A stretch of DNA of 64,000 bases, from NCBI GenBank assembly GCA_025594325.1, contig JANHCV010000008.1, positions 744,001 to 808,000 on the forward strand, read 5' to 3'. The stretch is from Blastocladiella emersonii ATCC 22665 (taxonomy: Eukaryota; Fungi; Blastocladiomycota). The notes below the pieces were generated by a model, which searched no databases, had not been told where the DNA came from, and saw only the letters and a list, made by a program, of their open reading frames with translations. Numbering within the stretch: position 1 is the first letter of the stretch; each line of letters opens with the position of its first letter. Positions 45,245-55,276 of this stretch are shown one piece after another. A program made the position numbers and the translations under genes.

Positions 45245-46603
45245 ATGGAACCTCATGCAACGGAACCAGCGGTCCGCAAACGGCGTCGTACCAGCTTCGC
45301 CGCGGCCAGCAGCAGCACTCGGCCAGTGCCGTCAGTCGCCCGAGCTTCGCTGCAGCGCGTGGCTCTCGCACCGGATCAGCAGGCTCTCACTCGTGCCGTG
45401 TCGATGAAACTCGATGATGCTGGTTTCGCGAGCGGTGACGATCTGTCCGACATGAGCAGCAGTGACGTTGAGCCGCCGGCTCGTGTGAGCAGTGCCAGCG
45501 GGGCGGGCCAGGGCTCCGGCGGAGCTCAGAGGCACGTCTCAAGCCCACGCAGAAACGCGCTCCATGTATCACTAAACCGGTGAGTCGTCTAGGAAGCGGC
45601 GAATTTCCCGCAAGCACCCAAGTGCACTGTAAATCTCACAGGCCCTCCGGACGCAGTTGCGCGCCAGCGTCCTCGTGTACGGTCCGTTCGCTGACGCTGA
45701 GACGCTTCGGGCCCATTGCTACGCCGATCACGTTTATACGTGCGACGAGGGCGAGCTGGTGGTTCCGATTGAGAAGGTGCGGTCCCTGTGCGCTTGCCCC
45801 GCTTTCCATTCTCCACGCACGCTGACGCACCGCGTATAGTACCTCGAGCTGTTCAAGACCGAAGTTCACAACACTCGCACGTTCTTTGTTGACACGGCCA
45901 ACGCGCTCCTCCGTGACCAAACCGCTTCCCTTTCCAAGCCTGACCTCTCTTGTCTTCAAGCGGATGACGATATCCGCGGCATCGATTATCATCGCGTCTG
46001 GATAGTCCAGGAGACGGACGATTCTGCATCGCCTCGCATGCACCCGTTCCTTACCAGCCTTCTCCGTCGCGGAATGAGTTGGCGCGGCGGTACGTGTGCC
46101 GCTCGCCACCTTGCTGAGGAGTGAAGACTTACCACACCGGCGCCTTGAATAGTCAACGGCGTTGTTGAGATCCAGCTGTACATCTCCCGACTCAACGATC
46201 GGCTTACGCGGACCGCGGACCGTCACGCCGACGTCGTCTCGCTGCGGCAGCTCGCTCCGCTCATCGTGGTCTCCGTCGCGACGCTCGCACGTTCGCGTCG
46301 CTCCCACCCGCCGTGCCCGCCGCCGTACGCTAACCCGCCGTTTAGGCGAGCGGCAGCATCATCACGCACCACGGTGTACACGGCAAATCTCGCCCGCCGC
46401 TCGAGAAGCTATTCAACAACCTCGTGGCTGAGCTCGACGACGAAGACGGACTACTCAGCAAGCAGTTTGCCGCGGACTCGCGCGATCTCCTCGAAGAGCT
46501 GGCCCGCGAGCTTCGCGCCACGTGTACGAGCTCGGACCAGCTTCCGCGCGACGCGGTGACCGGGCTCCCGCTCGTGGCGTTCCTCGACCGTAGCTCGGAG
46601 TAG
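45245..46603 (+). pseudogene. Family X copy d (5 exons; exon 1-2 junction appears disrupted)
   Basis: MEPHATEPAVRKRRR; LRTQLRASVLVYGPFAD; MHPFLTSLLRRGMSWRGG; LRQLAPLIVVSVATL; LFNNLVAELDDEDGLLSKQFAAD. I could not find an in-frame, stop-free exon 1-2 splice. Confidence 0.6.
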
Positions 46604-46930
46604 TTTGAACTCTCCTTTTTTGTAAATGACACGCATATGACATGGGGAATCTGTTCCAATTGGTTCCCTGTCCCGGATGATGTTCCTAGTGTTTGACCTG
46701 CGGCTTGAGCTCACCAGGACGTCACGCTTACTTCGGACTATCAGCGTGAGGTTCAAGGAAGGTCCACCGCTCACGTGGGTGGCGCAACGCGTCCACGGCC
46801 GCGCTACGGTGTTCAGTCTGCTCACCACGCGCGAACAGTAGAAGTGAATCAGGCACGAAGGTACATTGACATGAATATACGCCAACTCACTCTACTCCTC
46901 GCGCTCGGCGCGCGTCGCAAGTGTGAATCT

Positions 46931-48243
46931 CTAATCCGCGTCTCCTGGCGCATCATCGTCACTCACCTCCTGCCCTTGAGCAGCGGCATCACGGAGCAGC
47001 AGGTCGATGAGAGCGCACGATTCCGCGGCAAACCGGTCGCCGAGCGTTCCGTGTCGATCGTTGAACGTCGCGAGCATCCCGTTATACAGAAGCTCCATCG
47101 GCGGCATGCCTGTGCGGTCGGCCTGGAAGTGGAGCGCGACGCCGCAGCTCGCCTACGCGATCCAAGTGGAAAGTGAGTAGCGCTCGTCAATAACGGTGCG
47201 GTGCTCCGGGTGAATCGTACCATCACCGCGATAGCAACGACGATCAGCGGTGCGACCTGGTGGACCGTCACGACCTTGGCCTCGGCGCCGGCGGTCCGCG
47301 CGGTGCGCTCGTTGAGCCGTGCGAGGTACGGCTCTATGTCGACAATGCCGTGCCCTAAAGAGTCGTGCTCAGAGCACAAGCAAACGACGAATGACCGATG
47401 CGCCAAGCGCACCTCCATGCCAGTTCATGGCGCGACGGACCAGCTGGTCGACGAACGGGTGCATCGCAAACGCACCGCTGCCGTCGGCGCACGCCTTGAC
47501 CATCCAGCGCAGATTGAACTCGACGCCGCGCGAAGCCACAGCCGAGACGTTGGTCGGCAAGTCAAGGCGGGTCGAGTCGGAGCGTTTGCCTTGGAGCATA
47601 CGCTCGGCCGCAGCGCTCAGGATCTTGCGGAAGTTCCCGGCGGCGTGGATGAACAGAGCATGGTACTAGCTCGCGAACGAAATGAGCAACCCATTATCAC
47701 CTGCGAAGCCCTTCAGGTGTTACGTAATTGAACTCCATGAGCGGCTCGATCCCGCGGAAAGATTCGAGATAGTCGGAGTAGCAGTGCTTGCGGACGGTTC
47801 GCTCGTCCGCGAAGGGCCCGTAGATGAGGCTGCTGACGCGAATCTGCGCCTTGAGCGCCGGTGACACGTGCGCCAGGATAGGTCGGTACCACCGCCTGTG
47901 AGTGTGACTAGTCCCATCGCATAGGTGAGACACGAGCGACATGTTCGGGCGGGCGGACGGATCGAGCGGAACCGTACCCGCCAGTTACCTCTGGCTCGTT
48001 GAGGTCTTCTTCCTCGCGCTCAGCGTCGCTGCTAGCAGGCGCACTCGACTCACTAGTGTCACCGCTACCGCCCTCCTCGCCAATCAAGGCAGGCGATGCA
48101 GCAGACCCAGCTTTACTCCTCGGGCGCAGCCGCGCTCGCGGAGCAGCATCGGGCACGCGCGGCGGCGGGACCCGCTCAGCGGCGGCGACGCGCTTCCAAA
48201 TACTCTAGCTGCGGCGGGCGGGACCCGTTGCATTAGGTTCCAT
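46931..48243 (-). CDS. Family X copy e: five in-frame exons, single TAG at codon 13
   Basis: Exon boundaries traced by hand (donor 47977, exon 2 from 47907, exon 3 from 47665, then exons 4 and 5 to TAG 46931). All GT-AG and in frame. Only lesion is TAG at 48207-48205. Confidence 0.7.
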
Positions 48244-48396
48244 GGCGGCGTTGGTTGCCGTGACACCGCAGGATCAACAGGTTGAGAGCGTGCGACCAGG
48301 CGTGCGAGTTCGCAGTGTCAAGTGGCGCAACGCGCAACCGCCGACCCTTCCTCCTCCGCTCTCCCAAACGCAGCGCATGTGACGCACAACGAAACC

Positions 48397-49786
48397 ATGA
48401 AACTTCATGCAACGGACTCGACACGGCGTAGTTAACGCATCCGCGACCGGGTCGTGACCGAGTCTGCGCCAGTGGAGCGAGCTCCCACCGATGGCCCGCG
48501 GCCCCATCTGCGCCCGAGCGCCACACGGTCGGACGTTGGAGCTAGCCCAGTCGCTGTCAAGGTCGAGGAGTGTGTCGACGATGAGGGGCTTTCTGAGTTG
48601 CCCAGCAGTGATGAACCTTCAGACGAGGAATATGACCAGCGTGATGAGAGCGATCGAGAGGAGGAGGACCGCAACGAAGGGTCTGACGACCATGTTCGTG
48701 AGTATGTTTCTGCCTTGCCGTTTATTGTTTCGAGCGATTTTAACGGGACACATTTAGACCCAAGGCCAAGCGCCATCGCCCCGCAGCTGTCAAGTCAGAC
48801 AGCCTGTCACCCCAGCTCTGCATGCAGCTCCGCGTAAGCGTTCTCGTCTATGGCTTGTACCTCGACGCCAAGGACTTGGAAGCCCATTGCTATGCCGACT
48901 ACCTCGAGCTCGTAGGCGAGGAAGAGCCAGTCCTTGATTTCCGCAAGGTACGGTCCTCGTTTGGTTTGCGTGCACGATACCAAAGCTCACCACCTGCACG
49001 AACAGTACATGGACCTTTACCACATGGTTTCCAAGAGCCTTCGAAGCCGCTTTTCGGATGCCGCAAAGGCGATTCTCAAGGACAGACGCTCTGTTCAAAT
49101 TCACCCCAAACTTCCCGCTCTTGATTCGACCGGCGTTACTCTCACCCTCGATTTCAACTTGAGCTGGATGCTTGAGGACCACCAGCCTGATGTCCGCGGA
49201 TCGCTCCACTTGCACCCCTTCTTTCTCGCCGTCATCAAGCGGGGCACCAACTGGCGCGAAGGTACGCGTTCCGCCTTTTCTGTTGGACCGGGAACAATCT
49301 AACCTCACTTGCAAATTTTGGCTGGCTATAGGACACTGGGTTAAGGGCATCGAAGCGTACCTCGAGCGACTCAACGCGCGCTTGATTCGGAACATGGTTG
49401 CCAACGCACCGTCCGTCACTTTGCAGCAGATTGCCCCGTGCGTCTTGATTGTCATCGCAACGCTCGTATGTGCATCCGTTGCATGCGTTCTCTTCCGCGA
49501 CGGAAATCTCATTCAAATCCCAATTTTGTAGGCAAGCGGCGGTGTCGCGGTGAGCGCTAGAGCCCACATTCGCCGCCGTCCTTCGCTCGAACCTCTGTAC
49601 GCTCAGTTCCTGGCTGCGCTTCACGATTCTGCCGGGCCACTCGGTCATCAGTTCGCTAGCGACGCTTACGCTCTCCTAGACAAGTTCCGGGTGGCCGCAG
49701 GCAACCATGAGGGCCAAGTTAACGCCCTTCGCAATTCCTCGACGGGACTCCCGCTCGCCGCGTTTATCCCGCGGCCCGAGGGGTAA
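48397..49786 (+). CDS. Family X copy f: five in-frame exons, single TAA at codon 13
   Basis: Introns 48702-48757, 48948-49005, 49262-49331 and ~49466-49531 are all GT-AG and in frame. Only lesion is TAA at 48433-48435. Confidence 0.7.
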
Positions 49787-50158
49787 CAGTTCCGAGTCCT
49801 TCGCTGTTCTCTGTATCCGGCTCTATACAAATCTCTGTTCCACAATTATTGCTGCACGGCAACGTGCTGGTTTGAACGGATTTTGTCTTGCGGAGTGCGA
49901 AACGCGTCGCTTATCAGGATTGACCGTGGCCAACTACGCGCCTCAAACCTTAAGTTTGCGGTCGCGGCGCTGTCGCATGAGTGGCGCCGCGCTTTCCTCG
50001 CCGTGTGAAATGGACGTACAATGGCCGTAAATTTGATTAAATATAGCAGGAGCGACTGAAAGAAGAGTAGGGGAGGACGCGCTATTCATGTGCAGGCGTT
50101 GCGCCGCCGCGTGACTTGAAACAAAAGGATCAAACGCCACCACCACCACCGGTAGTCG

Positions 50159-51869
50159 TTAATAGCGGCGAATATGCGTCCTCAGCGCGTTCTTCGGGAC
50201 CAGAACCGGTAATACAACCTTGACTTCGGGTGGAGCGATGGCCGCAATGAGCTCCGCTCGACGGCAGAGTGAGTTCATGCCGATTTCGAGCGACTTGAGC
50301 GATTTTGGGAGAAGCGGCGCGAGCAGCATCGCCATCTCATCGCTAATGAGCGCTCGCTCGAGGCTGAGTGACTCCAAACTAGGCGGGAGACGTTCTGCCA
50401 GCGCGCGCAGGCTGTCACCTTGGAAACGGTTGGCCAAAAGATTCAGCGAGCGCAAGGAATTCGGAAGCACCAAGCACTTGACCTTGGCCGCGGTGTTGAG
50501 ACGCGCTTCCGAAAGTTCAAGCGAGGCAAGACCAGCAGGGAGGCCAGCCATGAGCGTGGTCAGCGCGGTTTTGGTAAGAGCAATTCCCGAGAACTTGAGC
50601 AAGGCAAGTGTTTGGGGAAGACAATCGGCGAGAGCTTTGGCAAATACGTCCACTCAAGGCCCGTCGGCATTGGTGAAAGGATCGTCGGATTCGAGATTTC
50701 CTATGAGGATCAACTCGGACAGGGCAGGAGGCAGCTTCCAGCGGACGTCCACGCGATCGCCAGGTACAAAGAAATTCGAGACTGAGAGCTCGAGACGCGA
50801 TAGCGAGGAGGGGAGGAGTGGGCCAAGCTCTGCCAGTCCCGCTGCAGTGAGCGGATTCCAAGCGAGATCCAACAAAAGAAGATTGGGCGGGAGTTGAGTG
50901 GCGACGGCAACCAAAGCATCGTCATTGAGCTCGAGTTCGGTCAGACTCGAAGGCAAGTCGCGCAAGAGCGCGGGTGCAAGCTCGCCGAGATGATCGGATG
51001 AAAGCGTGAGCTTCTCCAGCTGTGCTGGCCAAAGCATTTTGGGAAGTTGTGCTGGATCAGCAACGCGTGAGGGCCAACCGGATATCCATGTGAGCGAGGT
51101 CACTGTGTGGGGCAGGCGTACTGCAAGAAAGCGGTGCAAATTGATGGTGCAACAGTTGATGTAAAGAGACCCGAGCGCCTGCATTGGGCTCTGGAGCGAT
51201 TCGTTGAGAGCCAGAACGCTCGCCATGCGGATCGGCTCATGGTCAAGGGTGAAATCGGTGATGCGACCCTCAGCGAGGTCAACGACAGCTGAATGGATTG
51301 CCGAGTCGATGACGCGCGGCGGTTCGTTCTATTGCGGATCTCGGCTCAGGTTAGAGACAGTTTTGCAAAGATTCGAGTCAAGGGGATGCGTACCTTCAAG
51401 GAACAATGTGGGAGAGAGTATGAAGCCTAGCGAGAAATGAGTGAACATGATGCTCGACAATGTTCAGCCCGCCCGCCCGGAGTAGTGAAGACTCGTACTG
51501 TGCGCCCAATGGGACGCGTTGTTCTTCTCGAATGGTGATGGGAATTTCCAGTGGCAGGCCCGAGTCGCACCACCACTCGAGCGACTCAAGCTGCATATTC
51601 TCAGCTGCAGTAGCAATTGCCGATTTCGTATACACAAGGGGAAGCCCCGATGCCACCCATTTGACAAGGACGGGAACAGCGCCGCATCCACTCGCAGCGT
51701 CCATGGAAAGGCTTGGCGCGTGTTGCAAGATGGCTCGGTGGACCTGCGGAATATCGCGCTCACGAGCCACCCGTGCGTACTGCACCAGCCCGTGCACGTC
51801 ATCGGGATCGTCGTGAAGCTCGATTGCACGGAGTAAGATGTCCCCAATGAGACCCGCGACAGAGAACAT
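50159..51869 (-). pseudogene. Ankyrin-like repeat plus RNI-like LRR protein (in-frame TGA at 50654)
   Basis: MDAASGCGAVPVLVKWVASGL..LEWWCDSGLPL repeats, then LRRs LPSSLTELEL / LLDLAWNPLTAAGLAELGPLLP. ORFs 50654-51226 and 50159-50653 are collinear across one stop. Intron 51391..51329 is likely. Confidence 0.65.
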
Positions 51870-52047
51870 TATTTGCTTCACATGCGCTGCGGGAGCGGGA
51901 ACCGACTCGGGGGTCCGCCCGGCCTTGGCCTTGGGCGACTGGGAGCGCCACAGCGTGAGGTCACTCGAGGCGCCCACGACGCGCGATCACCGCGCTGGCG
52001 GTCCGTTCGCCTTGCTCCCCCAAGAACGCAAAGCTAATGGAACGAAC

Positions 52048-53770
52048 ATGGGATTTAACTTGCCGCAACTTATTGAACATTTGCTCTGCTACGCCGTCCA
52101 GGCGCACGACGACCCAAACGACCGCGTCGGCCTCGCGCAGTACGCGCGGGTGAAGCGGCGCGCCGGCATTCCAGGTGTCACTCGCGCCATTTTGCGCCGC
52201 TGCTCGCTGCTCTCCATGAGCGAAGCGACCAGGCGGGGCAATGTGGCCGCGCTTGATGCCTGGCGCGCGTCACGGCTTTCTTTGACATACTCGATCGACG
52301 CGCTTGTCGAGGCCGGCCAGAGGTGTCAATTCCAGGTCCTGGACTGGTGGCGCGACTCGGGACTTCCGCTACCGCCGTTCAAGGCGTACTCGATCTCACG
52401 TGAACGCTCGCCTATCGTTGGCGTCATCGGAGCTCGCGCTGTCGCTGAGATGATCGAAAAGCTACCCGTACGTGTGCGCAGCCGAGTGAACGAGAAGGAG
52501 AAACTGAGCCGCGTCTAACTCTTGCATTGTGCGATGCTAGGTCTCCTCCCCCAACGCTATCGAGCCGGGCGACGCTGACATGTTACAGCGGCTTCCGAAC
52601 AAAGCTAATGGCAACTGCGGGTATTTGTCATTCAACAGCGGCCGCTTGACTTCAAATGGAATCAACGCACTCAATGCTCACCTTTCAAACCCTGGTCAAT
52701 CCGTCCAAGACATGTATTTGGCGCGTGTAACATGACCACCGAGCTTGTGAGATCGCTCTTTAGCCCGTCGACTGTCCGCTCGCTCGCATTCACCAGCATG
52801 CGTCACGATCCGCTTGCCGATTCGGTGACCAGTCTTTCCTTCTCCCGCTCGTATGTTGATCCTCGTGGCGCGGGTGAGCTTGGCAGCCTTTTCTCAGCAA
52901 AGCTCGAATCTCTGACGTTTCGCTATTGCGATTTCAGCCTGCTCGACGAGTCGACCACGCTGTTCACGTATCTCCCAGCGACTCTCGAAATGTTACACAT
53001 TCAATGGTGTTACTTTGATGCTGATGCTTTGCAACCGGCCGCCGACGCTCTAAGTCCAGCTCTCGCATTCATCGCATTTGTGCGCTCGCTGCCCCAATCT
53101 ATCACGTCTCCGTCGTTCAACAACTGTGGGCTTACACTTGCTGACGTGCGCGAGCTCGCTTACCGCCTCCCCATTACCCTCGAAGAGCTCGATCTATCCG
53201 ACAACTCAATCTCGAACGGCTCAATGACGGCGCTCGCTCCCCAACTTCATGAAGGGATGCGCGTCCTGAACCTCATGTCTTGCGCACTGTCAGACGAAGA
53301 CCTTACAGGCCTCGCACGCAGCCTTCCGAGCTCTCTCGTGATTTTGAGGCTGCTTTGACCGAATCATTTCGGGGCACTTCGTTTCTTCAACGCGCCAGGC
53401 CGTCGCGAACTAGTACGAGCGGCGGGTGCACCGGTTCAGCTTGAGCACTTGTGGCTTGGCGCAATCGGCATGACTGATGCTGATTTGGAGCAACTTCTGA
53501 AAGCCCTGCCGAGCACCGTGCGATCGCTGGTACTGTAAGCCAATCCGATTTCAGACGCGCCCTACTGGCCGCTTGATAATTTCGCGAGTTCGCGGGATTC
53601 CACGGCGAGCATCTCACTCGGTGGCACGCAAATCACCGAGGGTTCGATCATGTTTCTGGCTCGAAACGAGAAGCTGGATGTGTGCAAAGTCTGGTCCGAC
53701 TTTCCGCTTGATATGTAGTGAAACAATTCAACGTTTACTGCAAGAGCACCCACGTCGATCTATCGTTACT
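52048..53770 (+). pseudogene. Paralogous ankyrin-like plus RNI-like LRR gene, divergent from 51869
   Basis: HDDPNDRVGLAQYARV matches HDDPDDVHGLVQYARV of the left copy; VLDWWRDSGLPL; LRRs LPITLEELDLSDNSISNGSMTALAPQL; further LRR text after stops at 53358 and ~53537. Confidence 0.6.
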
Positions 53771-53879
53771 TGAGCGCCGTGCGCTCAGCACAAGGTTGGA
53801 AAGATTTAACACGTTTTGGTTGATCATACAGTGATGGGGTTAGAGGCTCGATCGAGGCTTGAGGCAGGCCACGGCGGAT

Positions 53880-53945
53880 TTCCCACGCGTCGTGACGTCA
53901 GACGCGACGCGTCGCTTCGCGCTCACGCTCCCACCAATCGGCAAA
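53880..53945 (+). promoter_or_regulatory. ACGCG-rich putative native promoter separated from the 55277 gene by Helitron copy 3
   Basis: TCCCACGCGTCGTGACGTCAGACGCGACGCGTCGC and a CCAAT lie just left of the element. Removing the element places them ~40-100 bp before ATG 55277. Confidence 0.4.
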
Positions 53946-53955
53946 CCATGAAGCA

Positions 53956-55262
53956 CTAGGGGTGTGTGCTTTGCACACTCTGTCTCAGCAGTAGGCGACT
54001 AGGCTGACTTGAAAATATGCTGGACGTCAAGTTCCGTCCGCGTTGAAAGGCGAGTAGTGAATGACGTGTCGAAATCGCCATGTATTAATGAGCTAAGGAC
54101 TAGGTAGTGGTTGCCTCCGCCAGACTTTGCAGTCGAGCGTACTCGGCAAGTAAATGTTGATCCTGTGTTTGATTCAGGCCTTGGATACCTGGATCACGCA
54201 GGATCAGGATGTCGTCACCGCGCCGTACACGCGATAGGATCATGTACAGGAAGCGCCACGGTAACGATCCACGCGTCATGTCGGCGAGATCAACGATGAC
54301 CTTTTCGAGGGTCATCCCTTGGGCCTTGTGCGCCGTCAGCGCGTACGCGAGCTCGAGCGGGAACTGGGCTCGATGGATCGTCTTGGATGTGCCGGCCACC
54401 TTGTTCTTGAGGCGGAACGAGGCGATCTCGCGGCGCAGCGGGAAGCAGCCGTCGGGGATCCCGGGTAGCTTGGGCATGCGACCCAGATCCTTGTTGGGCC
54501 GGATGATGACTGCATCAATGTCGTTGTTCGCGTCGGTGGCAAAGCCTTCAACACGGCCAATGACGCCGTTGACGATGCCGCGTGAGAAAGCACGGAAGAA
54601 AGAAGCAAGCGATTTTGCCGTCCGCGCACCAGACGCGCTCGCACGCGTGTCGACGTGTGGGAATTCGCCGTCACGCGCGTGCCAACGCGTCGCGCACACA
54701 CGCGTCGCGCACACACGCGCTCCCACGCGTCCAGACGCGTGGGAATTTGCCGTCCGCGCAACGAACGCGCTCTCACGCGCGTGTCTGGCAACGCGCGTGC
54801 GCGTCTCGTGCTAGTGAGACACAAGAGACGCGATGTGTCTCGCGCACGCCACGAGTGCGAGACAGGAGACGCGAGACAAAAAACGCGAGACACAATACGC
54901 GCAAGCGGTGAATTAAATCAAAGCGTCAGGGAAGCGTGTGGATGCCCACGTAGGACATGAAGGACGGAGGAAATGTAGAGGATATGCACAGTGGCCGCGG
55001 GAGGAGCGGGAAGAGTGAGAGGTCAGGTACACGGAGAGTATTCCGACGTCGAACTGTGCCCCAGACGATTTTAGTTGAGTTTCATAGAGTGAGAGGGTAG
55101 ATTTATTAAGAGGATTTGGAGAAAATTGAGGAGAAGATAATTCGAGCTCGACCGAGACGCGTCGCGACGCGTGTTGATGGGAGTGGCAGAAAAGTCAGGC
55201 GTGCCAAATGGCCCAGCTTGAGCGCGAATTCAGCTCCACAGAAACTCAGCCTACTGCTGAGA
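53956..55262 (-). mobile_element. Non-autonomous Helitron (Helitron2-like), copy 3, full length 1307 bp
   Basis: Same length, termini and ORF translations as 25255-26561. Flanks T|element|T, no target-site duplication. Confidence 0.92.
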
Positions 55263-55276
55263 ATATACACACTCCC

